DNA from: Pelagomonas calceolata
Taxonomy: Eukaryota
Assembly: GCA_918797485.1 (NCBI GenBank)
Contig: CAKKNE010000005.1
Location: 4,712,001-4,776,000, forward strand
Direction: 5' to 3'
Length of the DNA: 64,000 bases
A model generated the notes under the pieces. The model had not been told where the DNA came from. It was given only the letters and a program-made list of their open reading frames with translations, and searched no databases. Below, piece after piece: positions 10,864 through 21,909 of the stretch. Each line of letters starts with the position of its first letter. Position 1 is the first letter of the stretch. Made by a program: the position numbers and the translations under genes.

Positions 10864-11800
10864 ATGACGACGCACGCGAACATCTACCCGACGTTCACCA
10901 TCAAGGACTTCGCCAAGGCGCACGGGCAGCGTCCGCAAAGCCGGGGGCAGCGTGCGCGCCAACGCATGCCGCCATGTGCACATGGGAGCTTGGTCTAGTG
11001 GTAGGATACGCGCTTCGGGAGCGCGAGGTCGCTGGGTTCGATTCCCGCAGTTCCCCTATCGCAGTCGCTGGACGCGCGCACCCCCAACGCAGGCCAAGCC
11101 GCTGCTCGACAAGTGCGTCGAGGACACGAGGGCCGAGGCGGGCTGCCTCTACTACGGCTGGACGATCAAGGAGGACGGCTCGAAGCTCTTCTGCCGGGAG
11201 ACGTACGTCGACGGCGCGGCCGCGGGCCACCACCTCTCGTGCGTCGCCAAGTCCGGCGCGCTCGGGGAGGCCCTCGAGAAGGGCTACATCGCGCTCGACA
11301 ACATCGACCTGATGGGCACGGAATCCGACATCGCCGACGCGAAGAAGGTGCCCGAGTTCGAGGGCTTCGGCCTCGGCTCCTGGACGGTCTGGGACTCGTT
11401 CCAGAACTTCAAGCAGACGTCGGCCGAGGAGGCCTCCACCGCCGACTTCTTCACGATCCAGCCCACGTTTACCATCAAGGACCTGAAGCAGGCGGAACCG
11501 TTCATGAAGAAGTGCGTCGACCTCACGAGGAACGAGAAGGGCTGCATGTACTACGGCTGGACGATCCAGGGCGACAAGCTCTTCTGCCGCGAGGCCTACG
11601 TCGACGCCGCCGCCGTCCAGGCCCACCTCGACAACATCGTGCCGTCCGTCGGCGAGATGCTCGATTCGGGCGCCGCGTCGCTGGACAAGATCGAGTTCCA
11701 CGGCCCGAAGGAGGGCTGGCCGACGTTCAAGAAGAGCGCCGACGCGCTCGGCGCCATCTACTGGGACCGCTACGCCAGCTTCTCCAAGTTCAAGATGTGA
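10864..11800 (+). CDS. tandem ABM-like (dimeric alpha-beta barrel) domain protein; exons 10864-10917 and 11093-11800 (253 aa)
   Basis: Two repeats PTFTIKD...CV..TR.E.GC.YYGWTI...KLFCRE.YVD.AA...HL; GC-AG intron 10918-11092 gives exact repeat alignment. Confidence 0.75.
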
Positions 11801-11870
11801 GCTAGATGACGCGTAATACCAAAGCAGATTCACATCAGAATTAACACGGGGGCGGGGGAGGGAACAGGGT

Positions 11871-12725
11871 TCAGGCGGCGCACTTGGCGGGCGACGCGGC
11901 CGCGAGCTGGAGGAGCATCGCGGCCGGGTCGCTCAGGTCCTGGCGTTCCTTGAGCTTCGAGAAGTACTTGGTCGCGTGGGTCCGCACCTGGGCCGCCGTC
12001 TTGGAGGGGACGTGCTCGGCGACGGTCTTCCACCGCTTGCCGAAGCGGCCGACGGCGGCGAGGAACTCCTCGTGCTCCTCGTCCGTCCAGCGGCGGGCCT
12101 GGCCGCGGGGTTGCTGCCCGCGGGGCTGCTTCGACGGCGGCGCCATGAGCTTCTGCGCGAGCGCCTGCGCCGTCGTCAGGGGCCGCGCGCCGCTGGCGGC
12201 CGCCGCCGCGGCGATCTCCGCGGGGCGGCGCATGTCGTCATGTACCACGGCCTCGCGCGGGCGCTTGCGCGGCGACGTCGCGCGCGGCGACGTCGGCACC
12301 GGGGGCAGCTCCTGCGGCGACGGCGGCCGCCGCCGCAGCTTCTCCTCCCGCGGCAGGGGCTGGCCGCCCGCCGGGTAGGCGTCGCCGTCTTCGTCAAACA
12401 ACCAGGTCGTCGTCGAGCCCGCGGGCGCCGTCGGCGTCCAGCCCGGCCCGTACATCTGCTGGAGCGGCGCGTACCAGGGCTGGCCCGGGATCGATTTCAA
12501 AGGGAGCATGTAGAGCGGCGCGGCGGGCGGCGCCATGAGCGGGAGCGGCATGGCCCGCGCGCCGCCGGCGTTCGTCGGCGTCACCAGCGGCACCCCGGGC
12601 GGCGGCACGTACTGCATCGGCACGAGCGGGCCCACGGTCGTGGGCAGCGGCGGCACCTGGACCGGCGGCGGCGCCAGCGGCCGGGCGCGCACGCCGCAGA
12701 CCGTCGTCGTCGTCGTCGTGGCCAT
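11871..12725 (-). CDS. MYB-related (SHAQKYF-class) transcription factor
   Basis: RRWTDEEHEEFLAAVGRFGKRWKTVAEHVPSKTAAQVRTHATKYF; Pro-rich N-terminus. Confidence 0.88.
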   Translation of the reverse strand: MATTTTTTVCGVRARPLAPPPVQVPPLPTTVGPLVPMQYVPPPGVPLVTPTNAGGARAMPLPLMAPPAAPLYMLPLKSIPGQPWYAPLQQMYGPGWTPTAPAGSTTTWLFDEDGDAYPAGGQPLPREEKLRRRPPSPQELPPVPTSPRATSPRKRPREAVVHDDMRRPAEIAAAAAASGARPLTTAQALAQKLMAPPSKQPRGQQPRGQARRWTDEEHEEFLAAVGRFGKRWKTVAEHVPSKTAAQVRTHATKYFSKLKERQDLSDPAAMLLQLAAASPAKCAA

Positions 12726-13146
12726 TGCGGCGTGGGGAAGGAGCTTGAAGGCGACTGCAGGCGGCGCCGGCTGCCGCGCGCACTCGCTTTTTTGCCTGGG
12801 CTGCTTCTTTGGACCACCTAGGGCCGCGCGCAACGTCGGTGCTGCACTATTTGCGCCGAACAATGCAAATAATTGATGTCGCCTTTTGCTGCTCTCCAAA
12901 CTAGAGCACCGATATAGCCAACGTCATCTGGATACATTTGGTGTGCGCGCACCGGGAGCTCTCCACGGGACGGCTCGGGGGCCCCCCACGAGGCGTACGG
13001 CCGCTTTGAGTTGGGCAGCCCACGATATCCTTGCCGCGGCCGCGGGGCTGCCTTGAAGGCGGGTCCCGCCATCCGCAAGCTGCAGAAGAGTGTCCAGGGG
13101 TATTGTAGGCATCCGCCGTGGGGCGACCTGTACGAACCTCACTTGG

Positions 13147-13166
13147 CTAGCGTTGTAAGACACTAG
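13147..13166 (+). promoter_or_regulatory. recurrent promoter motif
   Basis: CTAGCGttGTAAGACACTAG between divergent MYB and PsbP genes. Confidence 0.7.
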
Positions 13167-13230
13167 CAAACATGCAAGCCGAGCACCGCAGCCTCACGCC
13201 GTCGCATTGGTCGAATAGCGCACCAAGAGC

Positions 13231-13803
13231 ATGCGTTTCCTACTTCTCGCAACGCTGGCGCAGCACACGCACGGACTCACCCTCCCGCGACGACGCCTGG
13301 GACAACTGAGTGCTGCAGCAGCAGTGGCAGCAATCAACAGGCCAGCACGAGCGGCGCGCATCAATAGCGAGGGCTTCGCCTTCGACGCGCCCGACGGCTT
13401 CGAGGCGAAGCCCAAGCCGGTCAAAACGCACGCCGCCGAGGTGTTGTACAAGAACGGCAAGCGGGAAATTGGGGTCGTCGTCGACCGCGTGCGCATCGAG
13501 CAGCTGTCGGACTTCGGCACGCCGGCATTTGTGGGAGACAAGGTCGTGGCCTCGGAGCGCGAGCGCGACGGCGTCACGGCCGCCGAGCTGTCGAAGGCGA
13601 CGGAGCTGGTCGTCGACGGCCAGACGTACTACGAGCTCGCTTATAGTAATGAGTCGTCGCGGGGCAACAACAACTTTTTGAGCCGCGTCGCCGTGCGCGG
13701 CGGGCGGTTGTACGTGATGACGCTCAAGGCGCGCGTCGACGACGCGGGCGCGCTGCCCGAGCTGAGAGCTGTTGCCGAGAGCTTTCGGGTAAGTGGATTG
13801 TAG
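13231..13803 (+). CDS. PsbP-domain thylakoid lumen protein
   Basis: Signal peptide, RRR twin-arginine-like lumen transit ending ARA; KPKPVKTH; LSDFGTP; YYELAY; GGRLY. Confidence 0.85.
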   Translation: MRFLLLATLAQHTHGLTLPRRRLGQLSAAAAVAAINRPARAARINSEGFAFDAPDGFEAKPKPVKTHAAEVLYKNGKREIGVVVDRVRIEQLSDFGTPAFVGDKVVASERERDGVTAAELSKATELVVDGQTYYELAYSNESSRGNNNFLSRVAVRGGRLYVMTLKARVDDAGALPELRAVAESFRVSGL

Positions 13804-13832
13804 TGATCCTTGACGTCTTCGGATGAGTGCCC

Positions 13833-13860
13833 CTAGCGGCCTGCATAGGTAAGACACTAG
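13833..13860 (+). promoter_or_regulatory. recurrent promoter motif
   Basis: CTAGCGgcctgcatagGTAAGACACTAG, 220 bp upstream of BTB gene. Confidence 0.65.
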
Positions 13861-14080
13861 CAAGCTGGCTGCCGGCCCAAAACAGGTCCCGCTGGCTGTG
13901 ATAGGCTTGAATAAGCTTGGTGACGTCTTCAGTAGCATCAATTATCTTCGATTGCTCACGTGCAACGCGAATTTCGCAGCGCTACGTACACTGAGCTTGC
14001 ACAGACTGCACTGTCACACGCGCTGCTCGCGTGCGAATTGCTGGGGCGCGCGACGCGCCAGCAACTAGACTGACTGCAAA

Positions 14081-14920
14081 ATGTCCGAAGACACGCGCAT
14101 CTTGATAAACGCCGGCGGCCGCGTGTTTGAGACCTCCACGACGACGCTGAAGCTGTCGGGCGCGGGCTACTTCGAAGCGTTGCTGGGCGACACTGGCACG
14201 CAGATGCGTGGCAGAAAGCGCGCGAGGCCTGGTGACGATGCGCCGGAGGTCACAGGTTCCGCCGAAGACGACGCGCCTGGCGCCCCTCGCGAGATATTCA
14301 TCGACCGCGACCCGGACGTGTTCGCCGACGTGCTGCGCTACATGCGGTCGGATCGCCTGCCTGCCGCGGCGGCAAAAGATGAGGATCGTCTCGAAGACCT
14401 GAAGGCGGAGGCGGAATTTCTCTGCTATGACGCGTTGTCGATGGCCTGCGACGCTGCGATTGACGCTATGAGGGCTGCCGAGGCCGCTGCGGCCGCTGCG
14501 GCCGCTGCCAAGGTGATCCCCGAGGCGAGAAACTTGATCATAGAGACGCAAGCCGAAACAGACGACTATGGTGATGATGCGAGCATTCATGTTCCAAAGG
14601 GCCAGGTTCTTTACGTTGTGTCTGCAATGCTAATAATCAGCCAGCCCCTCCAAGACCTCTTCAACGCGCAGAGGAGGCATAAAGGAGCATTTCTCCGTCT
14701 GGAGGCGTGTGGCAAACCAATGATCTTGGTACAACATTGGTTGAAATCAGAACTCGGTGGATTCGATGTCATGCATGGGATTCGCCTCTGCTTCAGTGGT
14801 GGAGAAGAAGAGGAAGTTAAGCTCTCTAGCTACGGTCTCAACTTCCAGATCAACGCATGGGTCGGCCATCCGTCCAAGATCCCCGGCCTCGCGCACGCGC
14901 AGGCGCAGCTGAGCGCCTAG
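14081..14920 (+). CDS. BTB/POZ (KCTD/T1-type) domain protein
   Basis: INAGGRVFETSTTTL; IFIDRDPDVFADVLRYMR; EAEF. Confidence 0.85.
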   Translation: MSEDTRILINAGGRVFETSTTTLKLSGAGYFEALLGDTGTQMRGRKRARPGDDAPEVTGSAEDDAPGAPREIFIDRDPDVFADVLRYMRSDRLPAAAAKDEDRLEDLKAEAEFLCYDALSMACDAAIDAMRAAEAAAAAAAAAKVIPEARNLIIETQAETDDYGDDASIHVPKGQVLYVVSAMLIISQPLQDLFNAQRRHKGAFLRLEACGKPMILVQHWLKSELGGFDVMHGIRLCFSGGEEEEVKLSSYGLNFQINAWVGHPSKIPGLAHAQAQLSA

Positions 14921-14992
14921 GATGTACCTCTAAGTACTTGTGTAGAATCTCTCCAGGGGCACGCCGCCGCCGCGCGAGACTACGGATCATGC

Positions 14993-16612
14993 TTAGGCGG
15001 AGGACTGAGGCAGCTCGTCGGGCCAGTCGTCCGTGTCGCCCGACGCGCGGAACGCCCGGATGTTCTCGACCCACTCCGTCTCGCCCTCCTTGATCCTCAG
15101 ATTCCCGACGAGGATGGAGTTGTTCTGGTGGTCCTTGGACGCGGCGACCTTCAGGCGCAACGTGCCGGAGACGCCTCTTGCTTTCAACTTGAAGTTGATG
15201 AACCCGTCCGTCGACGTCTTGCCCGACTTGGACTTGGGGACGAGCTTCGGCACGAGCGGTCTGTCGTCTTTTGTGGAATTAATGCCCTTCATAATCAAAC
15301 AACCGCCGGCCGCTTTACCGGAAGGCGCGTCCAGTACCAAAGCGCCGGTGGCGTTCCGGTAGTTCGCGGGGCCCTTAAAGCCCGGTTCGAGCTTTTCCTC
15401 GGGGTCCTCGGGTACCCCCGCGTTGTCTTTCACCCTCCTGGTATAGTACCTACCAGTAACGGCGACGAAGGCCTTGTCCGCCTCGACCTCGTCGGCCGTC
15501 TTTTCGGTCGTGTCGCGCTTCTTCACGGGTCGCAGGTTGGCCAACAACGCCTGTTGCTTCTGGGGGTCGTCAATCGTGATGTACTTCCTTGCTAGATCAT
15601 GGGCCAGGTCGGCCTTCTTGGCACCCAAATCCAAGATACCTTGTAGTGTAGTACCACTCTTGTACGTTTCATAAGAATCATAAGATTTCGTATTGGCCCG
15701 TTTCGGGTTCTCCTGGAGGCACGTGCACGACTCGCCCATGAAGGCTTCCAAACACGACTGCGGCAGCTCGAGCTTGGGCGCTTTTTCTTTTTTTTCCTTC
15801 TCGACCTTCGGCGACGGCGGCGGCGGCGGGTTCGACGGGCGGTAGACCGTGCCAACTTGTTCATTTGGCGTCGGCGGGCCGTTGTTGGGGGTTATACCCA
15901 AGGCTTTCGCCTTGCCCTGCCTAAATTCGTCGTCGTCGATGATGCCGTCGTCATGTAAGCGTTTGAGCTTGCGCAGGGCTTCCTCGTCGATGGGGTAGGG
16001 CCCGACGAGCGTCTCGGGGCCGATGTACGGTACTGGTGAAGATCTCTGCGCCGGTGCATCATCATCGGTCTTCTTCGCGCGCTTCTTACTCGGTTTCTTG
16101 GCCTTGATTTTGCGCTTGACGACGGGCGCGCGCTCCTTCCAATCATCTCTATCTTGCTGGGATAGGGCCTTCCACATCTTGCCTAATTCCGCAATGATCT
16201 TCTGGGACCGCTCGCGCGGCGCCAAACCCTCCATCGCATTTACTCTTGTGGTGACTTCGGGGCGGTGCTCGTTGCTGAAGTGGAGGTAGCCGCTCACCTG
16301 TGTGGAAATCAAAATTTTACGTTCGTGCTGAATCTTCGCGTCTACCTGCACGCCATCGACGCGACGCCTGCTCGATGGCGTGGCGATGCCGGTTCCTCAC
16401 CGCTCGACCGAGCCAGGACGGAGGCGTCATTGCCGAGAAATGACTTAGTGAAGAATTGTCGGGACGCACTGGTTGATTTCCACACAGCCCGACACCTTGG
16501 CCATCTTGTAGCCCTCCTCGACCTCGTCGCCGTTCTCGTCCTGCTCGTCGTCGTCATTCAAGGCGTCGTCCTCAATGGCGCCGACGTCCATGGCGTCGTC
16601 GCGGTCGGCCAT
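14993..16612 (-). CDS. HMG-box protein; exons 16612-16496 and 16297-14993 (473 aa)
   Basis: Acidic N-terminus spliced to K|VSGYLHFSNEHRPEV...IIAELGKMWKALSQQDRDDWKERA HMG box; SHOCT-like LRKLKRLHDDGIIDDDEF. Confidence 0.8.
16298..16487 (+). mobile_element. introner/MITE copy 2 (190 bp), opposite orientation relative to host gene compared with copy 1; GT-AG intron 16495-16298 on minus strand
   Basis: Perfect TIRs; near-identical to copy 1; gene-strand TSD gtgtcggg/gtgagcgg. Confidence 0.92.
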
Positions 16613-16893
16613 CTTTTGTTTGCGCGCTTTGCGGGAGGCTGCAGCGCTTTTCTAGCGCCGCGCGCGCAGATCGGTCTCTGTGGAGTAATTGAGACCGCGT
16701 CCTACGGCGTGCGAGAGCCGCTTTCTAGGCAGCGCGCGGAACCGGTCCTCGGAGAGATTTGAGACCGCGGCGCGCGCAGCAGCGTATGCACAGCGGCTGT
16801 CGCAGCACTGCTACGCTACCTGCTTGTTCACCACGAACTGCGGCCCGCGTTCTGGGCCTGAACTGACCGCGGCCAATTTGGACCCGCAGTTCG

Positions 16894-16914
16894 CTAGTGT
16901 CTTACTGCCGCTAG
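16894..16914 (-). promoter_or_regulatory. recurrent promoter motif
   Basis: CTAGTGTCTTACtgcCGCTAG in divergent promoter. Confidence 0.7.
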
Positions 16915-17091
16915 CTCGATCCGGTGCCCGAGCGTCTACCACGCCACCACGGCACGCCCAGAGCCTGTTGGACTGCGTGGAGCAAAGGACTGGACCCCTG
17001 CTCGCAGACGTCCAGCGATTTTGCCGTCCGGTGCCGTACAGACCAGGTTAGCCTGTGGGCTCTCAGGCAGCCTCCCGCACATATCAAAACC

Positions 17092-17862
17092 ATGCTAAGA
17101 GAAGTCGTCAACGCCGTCGTCCTCACGTTCGTGGTCAGCGAGTGGCTCTCGGAGAAGCCGGGCCGGCGCCTCGTGCTGTTCGCGCGGCGAGACGCGTCGA
17201 CGAAGGCGCTCTGTGCTGCGTTGGGCTGTGCCTTACTCATAGTGAACTTCGTGGGCGACCACGTGCCGGCGCTGGGCGGCCTCCTCGCGTCCAATGCAGT
17301 CGTGGCCATCGTGGAGGGCGCCGTCCTCGCGGCGGGGGCCTACGGCACGGCCAAAATCACAAGGCGGCCGTGTCTTTGCGGCGTACCGACGCTTACGAAG
17401 GGCGACGTGGACAAAAGCGCGTTCCTGCGAGCGTTCGCCGTTTGTACGATACTGTGCTACGTCCAGGGCGGCATGGCGTTCGCGCACGTGTACGTGCCGC
17501 GCGCCGTCGTCGCCGCGGCCGCGTTCGTCGCGGTCCTTTATGTGGATGTCCGGAGGACGGTCGACGTCGAGGTCAAAACGTTTGGCAAGGAGTTGGGGAA
17601 GGCCTGTGCCTACGTCGCGCCCATGTATCCTTTACTAGCCATCCTGTGTTCGCTCATCTTCGTGCCGGTCATGTCGCTGTTCGAAAAGGCCGGCTGGAAT
17701 TTGAGGCGCCTAGACGCGCCAATCTTCTACACCGTGTTCTACGGGCCGTTCTCGGCGGTCTACGTGTTTGCGAAGCGCGCGCTGCTCGACCAGCGCTACG
17801 GGTTGCCGGTGAGCGCGTCGCGGCGGGCGGGGGCCGCGGCGGTGGCGCGGGAGATGTCTTAA
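17092..17862 (+). CDS. multi-pass membrane protein of unknown function
   Basis: Several hydrophobic helices; start at MLREVV. Confidence 0.6.
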   Translation: MLREVVNAVVLTFVVSEWLSEKPGRRLVLFARRDASTKALCAALGCALLIVNFVGDHVPALGGLLASNAVVAIVEGAVLAAGAYGTAKITRRPCLCGVPTLTKGDVDKSAFLRAFAVCTILCYVQGGMAFAHVYVPRAVVAAAAFVAVLYVDVRRTVDVEVKTFGKELGKACAYVAPMYPLLAILCSLIFVPVMSLFEKAGWNLRRLDAPIFYTVFYGPFSAVYVFAKRALLDQRYGLPVSASRRAGAAAVAREMS

Positions 17863-17879
17863 TTTTTGTTGTCGTGTAC

Positions 17880-18893
17880 TTATTGCAGCGGAGTCCTCAC
17901 CGTGAGAGCCTCGACGGAGTCGTCGTCCGACTCCGACTCCGTCACGCGCTGGTGGACCCACTCGTCCGCGACGGAGTCGTACTCTTTTTTCTTCGAGCCC
18001 TCGCGCTCGACGCGCTCGCGGCTCACGGCGGAGTAGAGCGAGAGCGACGCAAGAACCAGCGCCACGGCGGCGGCGAAGAAGGGCGCCGCGGCCGAGAAAT
18101 CGCGCTTGGTACGTCGCGTACCGCGCTCGGCCGACGTCTTCAGGCCGAGCCAGAGCGAATAGCCGAGGCCCAGACCCAAAGCCGCGGCGACGGCGCCCAC
18201 AATCTGGATGCCGCCCGAGAGGCGACCCTGTTTCTCGGGCGGGACGACGCCGTTGATGTACAGGTACTGGAGGTTTGCGGGCGCGGCTATGAATAGAACG
18301 GCCGTGGCTGCGAAGAGTAGTCCTACATCATACGCGGCGCCGATGCCCAAGAAACCGACCGCATGTATGATTAATCCAATGGCGAGGCACTTCGCCGGCC
18401 CCACTGCCTTTCGCAGCCAGAACCAGTACAGGACGAAGCCGACCGCGAGCGTCGCCACGGCGACGGCGTGCAGCTCAAAGTAAAGACGTTTGGATAGGTC
18501 GAAGCGCCAAAGCAAAAAGTATGCCAGAACGGGCATCGACGCGGCAATTCCCAGGAAATTAAAGAAATAGGACCTGTGTGATAATCAAGCAGTGAGGGCC
18601 TCAAATACCTCCACGCCATCGAGCAGTGACAGGGACAACGTCACGTCGATGGCATAGAGCGCGAAGACCGCCGCCCGCACGGGGTCATCTCCGGCGAGCT
18701 TCGTGACGTAGAGCGGCAGACAACTGAAAAATACGCCCCCGCCGACACCCTTCAATGTATGCCACAATATGAACGCGAAAAGCGCGTCGTTCGCGCGCTC
18801 GGCGGTTTCGTGGGCCGAGGTCCAGACGCGCTCGGCCGTCTGGACGAGGGGCGTCGTCTCGACCTTTTTCTTGGACGAGGCGGCGGCGCCCAT
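17880..18893 (-). pseudogene. MFS transporter (TetA/MFSD14-like), apparently missing TM2-6 at a one-ended introner; truncated gene or pseudogene
   Basis: 5' ORF has one TM then runs into element-like sequence; 3' part (18572-17880) encodes ~6 TMs with V.PEKQGRLSG motif. Confidence 0.5.
18574..18656 (+). mobile_element. one-ended degenerate introner copy
   Basis: ctgtgtgataatcaagcagtgag matches start of copy at 44739; contains ctccacgccatcga...gtcgatggc internal palindrome; other TIR not found. Confidence 0.65.
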
Positions 18894-19208
18894 GGCTGTT
18901 TTCTAGCCGACTTGCGCCTTGGCGCCCTCCCGCGCGCGTGCTTTAGCTAACCTGGATAGCCAGCCTCCTGAGAGATCTAGTACTCCTCGCTCTCTCAGCG
19001 CTATGCTTCGATGCGTATCGACTATTGTCAATAGAAATCGAGTACCGACCTGTCCTGTCGCATCCTCGCGTACCGCGCGGCGTGAGGAAAGAGATGGGCA
19101 TAAGCTTTGGTTGGGCCTAAACCTTGCACTTGAGAGCCATCCCTGTCCTTAGAGCCGTATAGAAAAGAACACCAGAGAGGCAGGCGTCTGCGGAAAAAGA
19201 GTTTCCGG

Positions 19209-19230
19209 CTAGCGGCCGGTAAGACACTAG
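19209..19230 (+). promoter_or_regulatory. recurrent promoter motif
   Basis: CTAGCGgccgGTAAGACACTAG in divergent promoter. Confidence 0.7.
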
Positions 19231-19418
19231 GGATGCGGGAGAGCAGCCTCCGCCTCCTCTGCTCAGCGCCGCCGTAGCAAGCGCCACGACGCCAACAGTC
19301 ATCGCAAGCTCTAAGTTTTAGACGCCTGCGACGGCCTGCGGTCGCGGCTGAGACGGAACTGTATTGTTCGGCGGTCTCTAGACTGACTCTCTACAGCTTG
19401 GAGCCTTGGGCTGGACAT

Positions 19419-20246
19419 ATGGACGCTGACCTAAAGGCCGCGGCCCTGCGCGGCGATCTCGCGGCTTTGTGTCGTGCGCTAAACGACGGAAAAGACCCGA
19501 GATTGGCTGACGAGGATGGGGATACTGTGTTGCATTACGCGGCGAGCAACGGCCACGTTCGCTGTGTCGAGCTGCTTGCGTTAAATGACGCGGACGTGAA
19601 CGCACGCAACGATTATTATCGAACCCCGCTTACTATGGCTGCGGCTAGCGGACACGTCGCGTCGATCCGCGCCTTGCTTGCTGCCGGCGCGAATGTGAAT
19701 GCGTCCTGGCGTTTAAGAATGATGAACGCGGGAGTACCAACTGGTGAATTTATGGACACGCCGACCGCGCTCCACTGGGCGGTGGGTTTCGGCACGGCCG
19801 AAGTGGTCGAAGTGCTCCTCGCTGCTGGCGCTTCTGCTGACATCAATGCCGAAGCCCAGTATGGGCCGTTTGCTGCTTTTCCAACCGCCCTCGACCAGGC
19901 CATGAAACGATACGAGTTTGAAGCAGAGGTTATCGTACGAGGCTCGCCCCGTCCCAGGCCGAGGGTGCGACGGAACCGCATGGTGCCCTTGCTCGTCCGC
20001 GCGGGAGCGACGATTAAGGAACGATACGCAGACAGGAGTGACTACCTTAAAGCGGTACTTGACGCTGGCGGCGTCCGCGCGTACGAGCGCCTGCATCGCT
20101 CCACGCTCGCGAACATATTGAACCGCGGCAACCGCCTCCCCACCGACGTCATCCCGAAGATCGTGGACTACTGGGCCCATGTGGGCTGGTACGCCATCGA
20201 GAAGGACGACAGAGAATATGACCAAGAACTGGACAGCCCGGCTTAA
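19419..20246 (+). CDS. ankyrin repeat protein
   Basis: GDTVLHYAASNGH, RTPLTMAAASGH, TALHWAV repeats. Confidence 0.88.
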   Translation: MDADLKAAALRGDLAALCRALNDGKDPRLADEDGDTVLHYAASNGHVRCVELLALNDADVNARNDYYRTPLTMAAASGHVASIRALLAAGANVNASWRLRMMNAGVPTGEFMDTPTALHWAVGFGTAEVVEVLLAAGASADINAEAQYGPFAAFPTALDQAMKRYEFEAEVIVRGSPRPRPRVRRNRMVPLLVRAGATIKERYADRSDYLKAVLDAGGVRAYERLHRSTLANILNRGNRLPTDVIPKIVDYWAHVGWYAIEKDDREYDQELDSPA

Positions 20247-20282
20247 TGCTGAATAACATCGTAAGAAAACAACTTGTTAGTA

Positions 20283-21587
20283 TCACCTCCCCCCAGAAAA
20301 AAGCGCCAACACCCGCTCCGCGAGCCGCCGCCGCAGCGCCGGCCGCCGCGACAGCACGGCCGCGTTCAGCGCCACGAAGAAGCCCAGCAATACGAACCGC
20401 CCCATCGCAAACGACGACTTCGAAGTCAGCGCGAGGAAGGGCGCGCACCTCCCCGCAGCACAGACGTCCGCGCCGACGCACTGGCCGTACTCGTCCTTGT
20501 CGATGCGCGTGTGGCAGACGAAGGTCGGCCGCGAGCGGACGGGGTCCGACCGCACCGCGGGCAGCGACCCGACGGGCGCCGAGGGGAGTAGCAGGACGTG
20601 GGGCAATGCCAGAGGCACATCCAGCAAACCCGTCGCCGAGAAGTTGCCCCCGTCGTACGGGCCCTCCATATTGGCTTTCTGGCGGATGTACATGGCGTCC
20701 CTTTGTAGTAATGAGACGGCCTCGAGGTGCGCGTGACTGTACTTCTTGAAATGCTCGTCGTTGAAGCTGTAGGCGCCGTCCGTCGCCGCCGACCACGCGG
20801 CAAACAACGTCGCCCAGAGCGGCAGCTGGTCGTGCGCGCCGCAGCGGCCCCGCCACCAGAGCGCGAAGAACTGTTGGGTGAATTCCGATTTCCGCGCGAA
20901 GACGAGGCCCCCGTTCATCGGGATCTTGGGACCGCCGACGCGGTTCTGGTTGCCCAGCAGGTCCGCGTCCGTCAGCGCGAAGTACGCCTCCGGTTCTATC
21001 TCTTCCGAGGAGACCCACATGTCTGTGTCCATATACATAACTTTATCGATGGACGGGTCGTCGAATAAAGCCAGAAAGGCCAGGTTCTTCACGCCGTTCA
21101 ACGTGTTCTCTAGCCCACGGGTCTTGTCCCGGCACCGCGCCCACGGCGCGTCGACGCGCGCGTTCAGGACATTTGAAGGGGGCACGCCGATCCAGATGTA
21201 GAACCGGCGCCGCGTCCTCCTACAATACGACGCCTTGTTGAGGAAGGCCTCCCAGTTGCCCCGTTGCTCCAAGTACTGTGGCGCGTTCACGAACATCAAG
21301 ACCGTCGTCTTGTCGGCGTCGACGGGACCGCCGTGGTCCACGCGGCACAGCTTCGGCTCCGTCGTGTCCCGTCCGTCATACGACAGGTAGGGCGGTTTCG
21401 CGGAAGCGATCGTCGCTATGCATTGACGGTCGGCGGCGGCCCAGTCCGGCTTCGCGGCAGCTTGGGCGCTGGCGGCGCTCTCTCGCCACACGTCTTGCGT
21501 GACGCTGACGGTGGTCGCGGCAGTCCTTGCGGCGCAAGTTAGGATCACAAGGAGCCGCGCCGATGGCGTGCTGCTCGAGCAGCCCAT
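20283..21587 (-). CDS. putative GT-A glycosyltransferase (GT34-like) with C-terminal TM
   Basis: Signal peptide; NKASYCRR; YMDTDMW DxD motif; MNGGLVF; HDQ..LW. Confidence 0.55.
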   Translation of the reverse strand: MGCSSSTPSARLLVILTCAARTAATTVSVTQDVWRESAASAQAAAKPDWAAADRQCIATIASAKPPYLSYDGRDTTEPKLCRVDHGGPVDADKTTVLMFVNAPQYLEQRGNWEAFLNKASYCRRTRRRFYIWIGVPPSNVLNARVDAPWARCRDKTRGLENTLNGVKNLAFLALFDDPSIDKVMYMDTDMWVSSEEIEPEAYFALTDADLLGNQNRVGGPKIPMNGGLVFARKSEFTQQFFALWWRGRCGAHDQLPLWATLFAAWSAATDGAYSFNDEHFKKYSHAHLEAVSLLQRDAMYIRQKANMEGPYDGGNFSATGLLDVPLALPHVLLLPSAPVGSLPAVRSDPVRSRPTFVCHTRIDKDEYGQCVGADVCAAGRCAPFLALTSKSSFAMGRFVLLGFFVALNAAVLSRRPALRRRLAERVLALFSGGR

Positions 21588-21730
21588 CGCAGCTTTGGCT
21601 TTTTCCGGCGTGGCGGTGCGAACAGCTCCTCGAAAGCGGGTTGCTCCAGTACGAGCACGTCTTGAGAGCGTGCTGCAATGCCTGGTGGAGCAATCAGGCA
21701 GGGATTTTTAGCCGCGCCGCAAAAGCGATG

Positions 21731-21752
21731 CTAGCGTACTGTAAGACACTAG
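21731..21752 (+). promoter_or_regulatory. recurrent promoter motif
   Basis: CTAGCGtactGTAAGACACTAG in divergent promoter. Confidence 0.7.
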
Positions 21753-21909
21753 CAAGCACGCCTGGCTGAGCGTCGCGCGGGCCGTACACCTTGCATACCG
21801 CTCAGATTAAGGGCGCATTGTGCGCATTTGACTGCTACAACAACCCTGTCGACGCATGCGCTCGTAGAAGTGACGTACGCTGCTGCACGCCGCACTGCAC
21901 ACCGGCACG

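Noticed and set aside
10918..11092. This GC-AG intron as an introner
   Set aside because: No TIR similarity and no 8-bp boundary repeat (gcgcacgg vs gccaagcc)
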